DNA of 64,000 nucleotides from Psammoneis japonica (taxonomy: Eukaryota), in assembly GCA_008632985.1 (NCBI GenBank), contig QPGO01000014.1, positions 248,001 to 312,000 on the forward strand, read 5' to 3'. The notes beneath the pieces were generated by a model, which worked only from the letters and a program-made list of their open reading frames with translations, had not been told where the DNA came from and made no database searches. The position numbers were made by a program, and so were the translations under genes. Of the stretch, positions 1-13,300 are shown in pieces. The number at the start of each line of letters is the position of its first letter. The stretch's first letter is position 1.

Positions 1-1550
1 CGTTCCGGTCGTTGTCGAAGGACGGCGAAAAAGGCAGCTGGAACTGGAGAGTTAAAAGAGTCATCATCTGTGCTCAATTTGCATGATGGGATCTGCTTGT
101 GTTGCACATGCTCTTCTCAGACTACAAAAAATGAGTTGTCTGACCTTGTGAAAGACAGTGCAACAATGACAACCATCATTGGATTGAGGGTGAGGAACTT
201 CTGATTGATTTCCTGGGATTCATGCCCAAGAATTGCAGCTTGAGCCATCAAATGTTGAGTCTGTCTTGCAAAGTCAGCTTGCTGGGTGTGGCTTCAATGA
301 ATGCTGGGTTCAGCACAGCCTGACAAGAATCAACAATGAATGCAAAGGTCACTTTTGTTGCAACAATGGCCACATTCATGCTGGTGAGAGCACCCAGCAC
401 ACCTCATGATCTTGTCCCACTTGAGGAAAATTTGTTTTTGTGACAGGTGCAGCACGATTGAACACAAGTCTGTTTTGGCAGGATTGGGGGGGGCAAAGGT
501 CCCCTCTCACTTGGCGGGGAGGAGGAGACTCAACCCGTGGTGCAATGGGTGCAAGAAGACAGCTCTGCCTGCCCAGGGCAACCAGCATGCCAACCATCTA
601 AGAAGCACTTCCACAGTCATCTGCAGTGGCCAACATGGTGAGACCATGCAGACCCCATGAACATGCAATGCGTGGTGCCGCAGCAGTGTGAACACACACA
701 GTGGAAGCACATGGTGTCCCCTGGTGGCTTGACAACTCCAATGCTCAGAAGAGACCAAGCAAGCACCATGCACACAGCACGCACATGTTGAGATTGGCTG
801 TCAATGCATGTGCATCATGGTGACCAATGAGCGACCTGTGATGACAGCACGTTCACAGGCATGTGGCGCGCAACACACAAATGGGTGTCAGAGAAACTTT
901 GATGTGGTTGATTCAATGCAATCCAAAATGCAAACCAATGAGGCAACTCACATGATTTCTGTTGGATTGATTCCATTTTCTCATGGTGACAAACTGGTCT
1001 CACATTTTCCTGCACAATCTTGACTTTTGATGCTCCGCTGTTCTCGTCACCTGACAGCAGCATGCAAGGCACGTTGAGAATCTGCTTGCAGTGCACTGCA
1101 GCAACAATGTGGAAGGAGAAGCAAGAAGCTGACAGCTCTGCTGTGACAGCTTCTGAGGTGGGTGCAGCACTTGTGTCACATGCTGCAAAAAGGGGGCAAG
1201 TCGGGAGGGGGGGGGGCTCGTTTTAAGATTGCCACCCCCCTGCCGGGGCTGAGACTGAACTTGGACAGCAGCTTTTCAGCAGGTGTGACCAGAGGGGGAA
1301 CACAGACTGAAGCCTTGCTTTGAATGAGTCCTGTTGGGGTTGGATCTTGGCTTCAACAGCAGCAGCACCTCGGCAGCTGCCAGAGAGGAGAGAGCAAGTT
1401 GGAAGCTGAGGCAACAAAAGAACAACGTGCTGGTCATTGTCAGCATCCATCATCCAGTCACGCACAATGTGCGTTTCTTCTTTTACACTGGAACACATGG
1501 GAGCCATTGTGTGAACAATGGTGTTCTCTCCCGTCGCCCCTCCCACTTTC
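1..1550. mobile_element. Degenerate TpA-depleted repeat/transposon relic (family not identified; continues beyond window start)
   Basis: Almost no TA dinucleotides up to ~1550 and only short Tyr-free, Cys/His-rich ORFs. Same composition as the identifiable TE relics later in the window. Confidence 0.55.
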
Positions 1551-1643
1551 CGTATGTACAAAAGTGTTCATAATCATAGTGGTGATCGGAAGGGCAGTCT
1601 GATTTCATTACAACCATGCTCCAAACGCAAGAGGAAGATACGC

Positions 1644-4540
1644 ATGTCCACGGCCCATTGTTGGGCGATATTTACCTTGACCGCGATGATTTCTAAGCGT
1701 GTTTCTTCCTTTGCCCCGCCCCTTCCTCGGCATCCACAAAGATCAATGGAGTCACTATCCTTGCACATGGTGTCCAAAAAGGAAAAGCGCCGTCTTCAAG
1801 ACGGTGCAAAGCGGCGAGAAGCCTACGAAGAACCGCAGATTGCACAAGCACAGGCAGCCCTTGTCTTCCAGCTGCAAGAATTACAAGGCAAAAAGAGCCC
1901 AGCCCACGCCACCAACAAGCTCATCAAAAACGCCCAGCACGATGGATTGGATGATATTGGTATGAAAGCACGCTTTTTGGCGCTAGATATTTTCTACGAG
2001 GCAAACCGGCCTTCCGACGTGGTAAGGTATATGCCGAGAAGCGGGAACCAAACACTGAGTATCGTCCGCCAGTTTGGACTGTGGGCGCATTCCAAAATGG
2101 AGGACTGGCCATCCGCCCTGAGTTATGCCGAGCAATTATATGGCCAAGAGATTGAAGATGTTTCATCCTTCGAGAAATCGACTGGCGCATTCTCGAAACC
2201 AACAGAACAACAGCAGCTAGAACAATATGCCATTCAAGCTTTCGCCAATACCGACCAGCACATGGAACGAGCAATGGAACTGTTGACTAAACATTTACGA
2301 CAGGGTGTAAAGCAAAATTCTCCACCCTTAACCGCGTCCATCAATTCGGTGCTCCGCTCTCATGTTCGAAAGGGAAAACTGAATGATTTCAAAAGTCTCT
2401 TCCACAAGGTGCAGGGAACAGAGTTGAACGACGAATCGTATCGAATGGCACTGGACTGTGCCGCACAAGAGGGAGATGTCGAATTAATGGACCAAGTTCT
2501 TGAAAGCGACTCGCAAGTCATGAAAGAATCGAACCTCATCCTGGAGACCCTCGCTAAAAGTACCGCTAAGAAAGACACAAAGCTTTCAAGCCATCATCAG
2601 AGTTTGGCAAAGCACGCTATCCAAAATCTTCTGCAAAGTAAGAAAGGCGATGTTGATCCAGACGTACTATCACTTATCTTGGTGGCATTGAAAAACGATT
2701 CTGACTTGAAAGATGCGATACAACTTTGCCGCCAACAAAAGAAGGGATATTCTGCTTGGTACGCTTCTTGGAGCGCTCCAGCTAAGGTTCGCATTCTTCC
2801 TTGTCTCTTTGAATTTGAGACCGGTTCAGTGGCGGCAAACTGCGCGAGCGGTGGTGATTCGTGGAAAATTTTGTCGTCACTTGTAAGGACAGACATGAAG
2901 AATGGGGATAACCAAGCAGAGTCGTCAGTTTCTTCGAAAACAAAAGAGCGGAGAATTTTGCTTCGCAGCCTTGAATGTAGCTTTGTTGGAAGCAAATCAA
3001 ATGGAAGTTGCTCAAGCAATCCTAGAAGAATGTTGGGAGACTATTCTTTCCGCGCATCTAGATGAAGACCATCCGTTGAAAGAGTGCACTTTCATGATTA
3101 ATTGGCTACGAAAGTTTCCAAACGAATCTGTGAGAAACAAGGTTTTTGTCAGCATCTTGAAATCATTATGTCCCGAAATCGGTGTCGATGAGACTGGAAC
3201 GATGCCTTCGTTTTCCAACGAAAAGCTGACGATCATCGTTCAGAGTACAGTTAGACTGATTCGACGTGTTGCTTCTGTCAACGGCGATGCAAGCAGCGAA
3301 ATGGAACGATTAAGATTGTTGGCGATTCTCGCTTCGCAAACGGCGATGCGTTTAATTGGTGGACTGGAAGAATTTTCTTCTGAGCACTATCATAGGTTCG
3401 GTCCCTCCGACAATGGTGCCAAGGAGGCACTCCGGTGCATTATGAAAGAACTTCTCCAGTCCAATCTACTAGCAAGCGACGAGGAGATGGTCAGCGCAGC
3501 TCAACAATACTATTGTTCACTTGCTTGTGTCTCACAGTCATCATCAGTCATTGGCTACAAGGAATTGCTTTTCCCGCTTACTTCCATACTTTCATTTGCG
3601 ATGGACGACCCATTTGACAGCTTTCGAAAGTGTGTCCTCATGGACGAAAAGAGCGAGCGGAAGAAGGATCGGTCTGAAAAACTCTTTAATGTTGTTACGT
3701 CCGTGCTTGATGCAGATGAACAGAGTGCCGATTTGGCACCTCTACTGAGGTCGGTTGCCTATATGAGTTTCATGCTGGACGAGCCGACTGCGTATAATGA
3801 TTTTTGTTCGGATTACAGATATTTCCTACTTGAATGGCGGAGCGACTTATTTTTCGACAGGGAGCTGTTTCGTAGTCTCTGTTTTGGCTTCATTACTCAA
3901 TCAGCAATGCCCGCAACAGACATTGCTATGTTGTTAACGCAAGAATTTGCATCCGATGTGATCAAGCTACTGCGAGAGAAAGGATATCGCAGAGTATTGG
4001 ATTGTAGAGAGAATGCGCGAAAGCGACTTTGAAGACCTGATAGATGCGTCGGCTCTGTATTTGGTCAATCTCTATGCACAAGCGGGTGCGTTTGGGATGA
4101 TCGACAAGAAGAACAAAATATCGCTCGAAGATGCCTACATCGATGCTTGTGGCGGTGAAACCGCAACCCTCTTGAACGCCGCTTGTTCCGCACGACAGTC
4201 ACGAGCGAAAGCGTTGGGCGGTCGTCGGGGTAGGGGTTCCAGTAAGAAAACGACAGAGTTACATCACTTTCTTGAAGCTATGCAAAAAATGCTCAACGCA
4301 ATATCAATTGCTGTCACTATGGAAGAACTAGATTTCGAGGAAAATCCAAGGTATGATTATCTGGTGAAGCATACCTTGAATTCATTTGCCCATGTCGAAC
4401 CAAGGGACTTGGTTTTGCGCAAAGTCATCGAAGAAGTCCTATCCGTTGAATTTCTCCACCCCGACATTCGAGAACACATCGAAGATTGGCGTGATGCGAA
4501 CATGGATAAAGATAATGAGGATGATTCTGGTAAACCGTAG
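1644..4540 (+). CDS. Plastid-targeted helical-repeat (PPR-like) protein, interrupted by two +1 frameshifts (~2970, ~3980)
   Basis: MSTAHCWAIFTLTAMISKRVSSFAP resembles a signal peptide plus ASAFAP-type motif. PPR-like segments (SINSVLRSHVRKGKLNDFKSLF; SYRMALDCAAQEGDVELM). ORFs 1518-3065, 2902-4032 and 4013-4540 join by single-base shifts (LRS/LNVALL; LLRE/KDIAEYWIVERMRES). Confidence 0.6.
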
Positions 4541-4804
4541 CCAGGTGCGCACTCTCGAGTTCATGGTAGGGTGTCGGGCAAGCACAGAACAGCGAAGTCG
4601 ATCAGCAGACGTCGTAAAACCTAAAGAGTAAGGGCAATGGCTTCGGTCCAGTTCGTTTTATTAACATGGGGTTATCGGGGAGGAAAGACACAATTTGAGG
4701 AACTCTCTTCAAGAGACAGATCAAAACGGTAGCGTTTACTTTTCTGTCTAATTTTGGTTTAGCTCTTTCATGACCTCGCTTCCATAGCTGTGCGCGTAAT
4801 CCAT

Positions 4805-7467
4805 TCATCCCATTGGAACAAGGACTAGCAAGCTTAGAACTCCGCCAGCGGTAGCAAGCAAGACTCGTCCAAAGTCAACTTCGTCTACTTCGTTTCGCGA
4901 CGGAATTTCATTGCCAGTTTGGAAAAATATCAGGAAACTGCAATAAAACAAGAAAAGATCCGACCCGAACAATCCCGAGAAAAACAGCCCAGTCAGGAAA
5001 AGTCCGCCAAATGTCTGCTTGATTCCTCTGCCAAAAAGTGTCATTGCAATTCTTCCTCCATCCGTCGCTGTAGAATGAATGAATGAATACGAAACGGCAC
5101 AATTTGAGAGGAAAGAAATCGAACAGATTGAACGAACAGCTAGGGCCTATGATCAAACGATACTCACTACCAATGGGAAGAAGACTCAAGGCATTTACCA
5201 TCAAACCAATGTATCCAGCAATCGCAATGGGATGCAATGGTATGGTAATGCCCGCAACTGCTTCTGTACCGACCGCGCCATCTGGTATACTGAGCGCACC
5301 AGTGCCCAGAAAGAATTCAATGATTCCACCGCCGAGGGTACTCTGTCTCAAAATCTCTAGTGGTAGAGCCGGAAAGGCAGCATAGCTCTGTGGGTCTGTG
5401 TATACTGTCATTTGTAAGCCAAAATACAAAGCAGCCAGGGATGCTGCGATACCGGTCAATGGACCCGCGATCGAAAAATCAAACATTGCCTTGTGGTTCT
5501 TTGGTGGTTGCCTAAAGGATGTCACGGTGCTCGTCATGCCGGTAATGAGGGATGGGACAAACGTTGGTACCCCCATTTTTGTCTGCAAGAAAGGGAAAAA
5601 ATCAATCGAATATGATGAACACAAGAATCGCCTTTAAACACATCATGGACGAGACGATGCCAAGCAAAGAACACACTAAAACGACACATACCCCGTGAAA
5701 AGCTGCTCCAATCGCGTGACCGAGCTCATGTGCAAGTTGGATCCCAATAAAGGACAGAAAGAGTGGGCTCGCTCCTTGCGTGAGCCAATCGAGGTTGTAT
5801 TCCATTCCCGCATTGGCCAATTGCATTTGTTCGTCCACCTGTTTCATGGTTGCACTATTCAGTAAAAACGGATAGACCGACAAATACCACGACGTTGCCA
5901 GCCCCGCGGCAGACACCAGCGAAAGCGCCAAGGGTCGCTTTTCTCGTGTCACATCAGGCCCCGTCACTAGCAAGACTGGATCGCTTTCGAGGGAGAGGTT
6001 GTCGTCATTGCTGTCTCCGAAGACGGTAAAGTCCTTGACATAAAACACCGAAAGCTTGTCTGCCACCATGGATTTTTCAATGAGTTTGTCGATTTCTTCC
6101 ATGAGATTATCAACGCCCTTTTTGTTCTTATTGACTCCGCGGATTATGAATCCACCCAAGACCGGTTCTGGTTTCGACGATGGCATAAAGTTGGCTTTTG
6201 GCAAGACCTCCGAAGACAAAATCTTGACTTGCGCCTCGGTAGGTGCTTGGCCCTCTTTACGACATGAGTTTGGAAAGAATCCCTGAGCTGCTTGCTGGCC
6301 GGCTGTAAAATCCTTTTGGCCACCAAAGATGCGATCCCACCGTTCGTCCTGCGGAAGCTTGACACCAAAGCTCTTTTCCGTAAATGTTCTCGTCACTTTC
6401 TCGTCATAGTACGCGTCTTCCAGTATCATTATTGCCAGAGCCGTCACATTACCATCTGCAGCATTGACGAGAACGTCACTGTACGCCGCCTTGAGCAAAT
6501 CATCACGTTCAATGGCTCGAATGCTTGCTTCCGTCTCGGCAATGACGGATGCTGAAAAGACCGGCTTTGACACGTTGGCAAGAAAGGAATAATCCTTTCG
6601 TTCCATCTGCTCGATTCGTCTGGCGACTTCCGTGCCATTGATATCCTTGACCGAGTCATAATCGAGCGCCACCATGTTGGCCATGGCACCCTTTAGAAAG
6701 CCCGGTGCTTCATTGAAGGTTTCCAAGTGTGCCTTAAAATCAGTCTCGTTAAACGGCAAGAGCCCCTCCATTTCAGACAAGAGACCCCCAAAGTTTTTCT
6801 CGCCAGTCGCGTCCGTTGTCACTCTGGATGTAGTTACTGCTGGTGTGGAAACAGTCGTTGTTGCGGTTGTTGACGATTTGGCCTGGGTTTTGGCAGGAGT
6901 TGGTGCTATCTCTTCGCCACGCATTCTAGCTTGAAGCATCTCCATTTCCGCCTGCAAGTCTTGTCGCTTATCCTCATCACTCTCCTTGAGGTGTGCCATT
7001 TTCTTTTCCAACTTTTCAATCTTTTCCAACGTAAGTTGAACGTTTGCTTTTTCAGCCTCTAACCTCATTCGTTCTGCTTGCGCCTTGAGTGCTTGCGCCT
7101 GCTCGACGGGTGACAGAGGCTTTGGTGCAGGAGGTGGCGGCGGTGGAGCTTCTACTGTAGCTGTTGCTGTCTTGACTGAGGTTTCCTCGCTTTCTTTCTC
7201 TTCCTTGTCACCCAAGATTCTAGCAAAAAACGGCGTGCTATCTTCTGCTTCTTCTTTTTCGGCTGGTTCGTCGTTGAACTTTTCTGAGGTTTTTTCCTCA
7301 TCGTTGTTCTTGTTTTTCCGAAACAAATCAAACAAACCCAAAGACGTTGTGGATGGAGGGGATGGCTTGTAAAAGGCTGTAGGTTTCAGACAAGGTTGTT
7401 TCAGCCGATTTGTCGGTGGAGCGAAACCCAACGACATGGGTAGCAGGGCAATCAGTAGCGGCCTCAT
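4805..7467 (-). CDS. Plastid-targeted M50 (site-2/EGY-like) membrane zinc metalloprotease; exons 7467-5692, 5582-5168, 5067-4805
   Basis: HELGH zinc motif, FDFSIAGPLTG and NALSLLPIG-TTDGGR (NxxPxxxxDG) after splicing of GT-AG introns 5691-5583 and 5167-5068. N-terminal MRPLLIALLPMSLGFAP presequence. Confidence 0.9.
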
Positions 7468-7974
7468 TTTTGTTCTTAGAAAATGTTCCTTCTTCTGCCT
7501 TCAATTTTCCCAGTCCACTGCGATGCAACAATTTTTTTTAACTCTATAGCGCAAACAAATCGACTCTCTTTCTCTTTCTTTCGCAGTCGACGATTGCCCT
7601 AATGAGCTTCTCTCAAGAAGGGACAGTTGGAAGTTGAAGGATTCGGCAACAATGGAATAATGCATCGAGGAGGAGTCAGCGGCAACGAAAAGCGCGGGAA
7701 CAGACGGACGACGGACGGGGCAAGTTTTGATCTGCTCGTTGGATCAGGGCGTACCGGTAGAATTTGTACCATGCCATACGTAAGCGGGAACCGCAAAATC
7801 CGAAAAGGAAATGAGCTCACAAAAGATCCTCCGTAAAAAGGAAATGAGCTCAAAAAGTATCCTAATTCGCGCGATCAAAGGATTTCACTCGCGAATGCGA
7901 ACCCCATTGAAACTGGCGACACCCAAAAACGAGGCAACGTTGCAAACGCTATCACGAGGCGTAAAACAACAACA

Positions 7975-8766
7975 ATGTGTTCTGTATCCAAAGTGGACGA
8001 GCTGATTGGCGTCAGTGGTGGTAGTAGTGCCGCAGTGTCGGTTGAACAAGTCTCGGCGGTCAAGCTCAAGCACAGCCGCGACGATTTTTATTTGATTGAT
8101 GTTCGCGAACCGGACGAAATCGAGTCTGATCCTATCGATTCTTCCGATGCTCAAGTAACCGTGGGAAAGCTTTTGCACATGAGTGGTTCCGATCAAGGCA
8201 AAGACGAGCTCAAGCAATGGGCTTCCAACAAAAAGCTGGTGTTGCTGTGCAATACGGGCTATCGTTCCTCGATTGCGGCCGAGAATGTGAGCGCAAGAAC
8301 GGGCATGGCTGTGGCGACGCTGTCTCGAGGAATTGTGGGACTCAAGAATCCCGCTGCAACCATTCCCGATTTTGTCGTGTTGTTGGGCACCAAATCCAGT
8401 GGTGAAAAAATTACATTGGCGCTCAATGCGTGTGCGGTTGCCGCCGACAGCGGTGACACCGTAGTTCTGGCCTTGCTTGGAGACGGCGTTTGTACCTTTT
8501 TGCGCAAGGGAAACAACATTGAAGCCGAAACGCCATCGTCTTTGCGTGTCGAAGAAACCTTTATCGGCGAGCCCTTTAAGCCGTGTCATGCCTTGCTCAA
8601 CAAGTTTATTGGGAGTGGCAATGGAGTCGTGTTGGCGTGCACGAGTTGCTGCAAGAATCGAGGCATTGAATTCGGCAGCGATTTGCTGGATTGCGCTCAA
8701 CCGATGCAAATGCCAGATCTTTTACGGATGCTGTCGGAAGCGAAAAAGTCCATGCAATTCATGTAG
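7975..8766 (+). CDS. Rhodanese-domain + DsrE/DsrF-like sulfur-relay domain fusion protein
   Basis: N-half has YLIDVREPDE and LVLLCNTGYRS (rhodanese active-site loop). C-half has ALNACAVAADSGDTVVLALLGDGV and VLACTSCCKNRGI (DsrE-like). Intronless. Confidence 0.8.
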   Translation: MCSVSKVDELIGVSGGSSAAVSVEQVSAVKLKHSRDDFYLIDVREPDEIESDPIDSSDAQVTVGKLLHMSGSDQGKDELKQWASNKKLVLLCNTGYRSSIAAENVSARTGMAVATLSRGIVGLKNPAATIPDFVVLLGTKSSGEKITLALNACAVAADSGDTVVLALLGDGVCTFLRKGNNIEAETPSSLRVEETFIGEPFKPCHALLNKFIGSGNGVVLACTSCCKNRGIEFGSDLLDCAQPMQMPDLLRMLSEAKKSMQFM

Positions 8767-9177
8767 GAAGGAGGGGGTAGAGTAGCACAGCTTTGTTGGT
8801 TCATGTCCGAAGTGTACTTGTTATGCAAAAACGATAAGCGATAAGGTAGGGATCTTTCTATATTTAGGCTGAAGCAGTAAACTCCCTAGAGTACTGCAAG
8901 AAAAGTAATGGCATCGATCTTGCTTTCCTTTTTTTCTAGAGTTCCTACTCTCTAGTAGAGTAGCTAGAGAGTCTACGGTACGAATGACGACTCCTCACTC
9001 AACGTTCAGGTTGAGTCCCCAGTGACGTCACCGTTCGTGACTCGCCTCTGACCGTGAGTTTTGCTCTTTTCGTGTGTTCGCAAAAATCGAAATCCTGTTG
9101 ACACCTTCACAACTCCGACTGCATACCGTAGTTTCAGAACCCATTCTATTCACCGCTATTTGTGTTGTCAAATCACC

Positions 9178-9876
9178 ATGAACTCCCCATCGTACCAGCA
9201 CTCGTATCCTCCTCATATTGTCGTGTACAATGATGATGTACCCGTTGTAGACGAAACGGAAGTGCGGAATCGTCGCCGTCAAAAGGGAGCCGTGATGCTA
9301 CTTGTACTCGGACTCGTGTTGATCGTCGGGCACGCCTCCTTCTACAGCAGCAGCGACAGCAGTGCTGCTGCTGCCGACGCTTACCTACTAGCCAAGCCGC
9401 ACGACGAAAAGCCCGATTGGGATGACCCAGAAGGAAAGTATGATTGGAAGAAATGCAAGGATTCGGATGATCCGGATTGCTGGAAGAAGGAAGGAGAACG
9501 CGTGCATACCTTTTGGCAAGGCTTTGGTCAACGCATGCGCAACTTTTGGTCTGGGCTGTTTGGAAAGAAGGGCGGCGATGAACCTGTTCCCATTTTGCCT
9601 CCTCCTGAAGAACCGGCTCCCGAAGAACCGGCTCCGGAAGAACCGGCTCCTGAAGAACCAGCTCCTGAAGAGCCCAAGAAGGAGAAGAAGAAGAAGAAAG
9701 AGAAGAAGGATGTTGCGCCTGAAGAAGATACCGCGCCTGAGGAGGATGCACCTGAAGAACCAGAGAAGGATGAAGAAGACACTACTGAGGACGAGGAAGA
9801 TGAAGCTCCTGCCGAGGAGCCTGAAGAAAAGAAGAAAAAGCACAAGGAGACCGTGGAAGAAGCGCCCGCTGAGTAA
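9178..9876 (+). CDS. Single-pass membrane protein with acidic/Pro-rich tail (EEPAP repeats)
   Basis: ATG at 9178, hydrophobic segment AVMLLVLGLVLIVG, Trp/Cys-containing segment WKKCKDSDDPDCWKKEG, then E/P/K-rich low complexity. Confidence 0.75.
   Translation: MNSPSYQHSYPPHIVVYNDDVPVVDETEVRNRRRQKGAVMLLVLGLVLIVGHASFYSSSDSSAAAADAYLLAKPHDEKPDWDDPEGKYDWKKCKDSDDPDCWKKEGERVHTFWQGFGQRMRNFWSGLFGKKGGDEPVPILPPPEEPAPEEPAPEEPAPEEPAPEEPKKEKKKKKEKKDVAPEEDTAPEEDAPEEPEKDEEDTTEDEEDEAPAEEPEEKKKKHKETVEEAPAE
9604..9675 (+). repeat. 15-bp coding tandem repeat (PEEPA x4-5)
   Basis: cctgaagaaccggct-like units repeated in frame. Confidence 0.85.
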
Positions 9877-10310
9877 TACTTTGGGAATTCAGTCGCACTC
9901 TCTGTTAAGTGTGGTCCTTCCAACTCCAACAGGGGGGGGAGCAATGTCATCTGCGTGGAAGTTACATGCATGATCTTATATATTCCTTAACTTTAGATCC
10001 ATTATGTTTCAGTTATTGCTTTCTGCAAAGCTTTCGTTCGCGAATCATGTGAAAAGTAGCAAAGGCAAAAGAAATGCCTAGAGTAAAGGCACATAACGCA
10101 CCACCTTTGTTTCAGATTCAAGAAGTTTACTCTTGTTGCCTACTTCAGTTTACAAGCCTTGCGAGACTTTGCCATGTTCAATAAATGTGGATCGCTCGTT
10201 CCTCGTGGATCCCTGATGTGGTGGGACGATCAGACGATTGCCTGTAGAGCTCGTACAAGTTTTACGTGAACTCCCTCCAACGTCAACTTGGACCGTCACA
10301 CGAAAACACC

Positions 10311-13300
10311 ATGGACGGCGAATTGAACTCCTCCCGCTACGACAAGGGCAGTCGACCACACCACCACCATCATCATCACCATCATGAACGACGACCCCAT
10401 CGTGGTGGACGATATCGTGGTGGTGGTGGTGGCCGACATCACCGACAACATCGTCATCATCCGTATGGAGGTGGAGGAGGCAGACGCAACAATCGCTCAT
10501 CACAACAACAACCACGAGGAAATCGTTTTACAGCCACCAAATCCGTCGATCAAAAAACAGCCGTCATGGAACAATTATCTGCCATGGTGAGCCGTGTCGG
10601 TGATGTTGAACCCACCCCAGAAAATTCAAGAGCGGATTTGATTAGCAAAAACATTACCGATCTCGCCAAGGTGTTGTGCAGTCCGAACAATTCGGAATTG
10701 TTTTTGGGATTTGTAAAGACAGAAGAAAGCAGTGCTACTACAACAGTTGATGCCAAGGAACAAGCGGGACATTTGGCACACTTGGTGGTTTCATGTGTCA
10801 TGGCCTTGCCGTTACAAACAAGCACGCACGTGGGTTTGACTCTGGCAGTACATGAATACGCACCGTCTGGCTTTGAAGGATTTGCAGACCGGTGTGTCAC
10901 GTATGCCATGAGGATTTTATCCAAAGAATTGGATTCATTGCATGAGTCGAATTCTGTATTGCGTATTGAGCACTTGTTGCGGTACTTGGTATTGTTGGGA
11001 AAAATCAATGTCGTGGCTAGTGGACAAGACGATGAGGGGAGTGTGTTGAGTTTGTTGCAGAGTTTGGTCACGGCAGCTCGTCAGGCCGTTGACAAGAACA
11101 AGAATGTGGCTTACCTGTTGACCCATGTCATCTTTAGTACCATTCCGTTCTTGATTGATTATATTCCATCCAGTGTCATTCAGGAGCAATTGGTGGAACC
11201 CTTGGAAACGCATGTGTTTGCTCTGTACAAATCCACATATTGGCCGGGGCTCGGCAAGGATGCCATTCTCTTGAAACAAGAACAAAAGGAAGCAACCGAA
11301 GAAGAAGAAGACGAGGAGGAGGATTCTGAAGATGACGAGGACGACGAGGAAGCGGGACAGCGGTGTGATACCTTGCAGGATATGGTGCGCACCGTCAAGA
11401 CTTTGCTCGAGGAAGAACAATCTCCGCCGCCAATGCGTTTCTCGCTCTTGTCGGATGCACCGTGGCTTGGATTGGTTGCTGAAAAAAAGATGGCAAATTC
11501 ACAAGACGGTGAACAAAATGACGAGAATCCACAAGAAGACGAGGCAGAGCCCTTGGTTTATACGGACGAGCCGCTGCGTCTCGCACTTTCTCCGGATTGT
11601 CGTTCCATTCCAGCCCTCTTGAATGGAAGCGAGGAGCTAGACTTGAGTGCATCGTTACAGGGCGTTGTGCATGGCCGTCTTCCCATGTTTGGTGGACCCG
11701 CCAGTGACGACGACGACGAAGAGGAGGGAATGGAAGAGGAGGCTGCAGCTCCGGCAAACGCTCAGTTGCAAGCCTATCAAAAGAACTTTGGTTTGGTGGA
11801 TCGATTCTTTCTTGCGCATGTCGTTCGCGATTGTCTCGCAAGCCACAAGAGCACCGTCTCGGATTCGGGATTGGAGCGTGGCAGTGCCAAGGACACAGCC
11901 AAGCAGCTACTGACTATTCAACAAGTCTTTGCTGAAAAAGATGGCATTGAATACGGAATTATTGAAACCGTTCTTTCCCTTATTGTCCAGTCCAATGACA
12001 AGTTGATGCATTTCTACTACTCGCGCATATTGTTAGAACTTACACGGCTGCAGCCACAAGTCATGGCTCCGGCGTTGGTGGTGGGTGTGACCAATCTAGT
12101 TCAAGACTACCTGCCATCCTTGGTACCGCGGGCTCGTGAGAATTTGAGCACATGGTTTGCCTTTCATTTGGAAAACACCGACTACCAATGGCCTGCTGGA
12201 TACTGGGAACACTGGACACCATACATTGCCCAAGAGGAACGCAACAGTCGCGGAGACTTTTGCCAAATGGCGCTCCAAACCATGGCGTCTCATGTGAGTT
12301 CCATTTCGACCGTTTGTACCAATTGTCTGCCCCAAAAGTGTACAGCGGACGAAGCTCTCGTGCTTTTATCACTGGTAGATAAGACGGACGGTAAACAAGA
12401 ATCGGATCAAGACGTTGGGTCTTCGATTCAACAAGACTTGGAGACTCGATTGTGGGATATGAGTGAAGACGCCGATGCCATTAGGGAATACATGGTTGGA
12501 GACGAGGTTTCTGAAACCTTGGTGAGCCAAGGTCAAGAGAGACCAGGGTGTCGGTCGCGATTGGTATTACGAGCGTTGCTTCGTCCCGCCAAGCAGCAAA
12601 AGGAGCGAATGATTCAATCGATTCGTCAAGTCAAAGAGGAAAACCAAGGAAACGACAACGACGATATCCATATGGTAACGGATACTCCGCAAACCGAGGA
12701 AATCAAACACGATGTATTGACCGAGATTACAGACATGCTGGCCCGATACAAGCCAGTCCTATTGGCTACACTAGCAAAAGACTGCGAAGGGGTAAAAGCA
12801 AGTGGTGGCGACGAATCTAGTTTGCTACAGGCGGGAGAAGCACATCTCTTGATGCAACTCGAAGAAACGACGCATTATTCACCAGTCATCCTTTTGGAGT
12901 CCGTAAAGTGCTTGCTGCAAAACGAAGTCTTGAGTGCCATGGGGGCGCTGCGTTGGGCATTGCGTGACACTGGAGTACAAGGAGGAGAGGGAAGCGACGG
13001 GGCCGCCAAGCAGTGGTGGAAGTTTGTAGAAATGGCTCTTTCAACGTGTCTCGAACTCCGAGCGAAGGATGACGGCGACGACATTGGAATGGAAGTTGAT
13101 GGTGATGATCTCGAGTCACCAAAGCCGAGTGCTTTGTCCAAAATGTTGGACGTTGTCTCGCCTTTGTTGAAATATGTCATTGAACGAGTTTGCAAGATGC
13201 TTTCATCCATGGACAACCAAGACGGTAAACTCAAGCACACTCCCACCGAAGTGGACTTGATTGAAGGCGTAAAGCAGCTAGTCCTTGCAAGTCACAGCAT

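Noticed and set aside
2960..3990. Programmed frameshifting in the PPR-like gene (also at 36420 and 47820)
   Set aside because: Single-base indels recur in several unrelated genes, often in homopolymers. Sequencing error or pseudogenisation is more likely.
7885..8709. Long antisense ORFs (also 9173-9971, 17711-18574, 33361-34053)
   Set aside because: They are shadows of real sense-strand genes with low-complexity codon usage.
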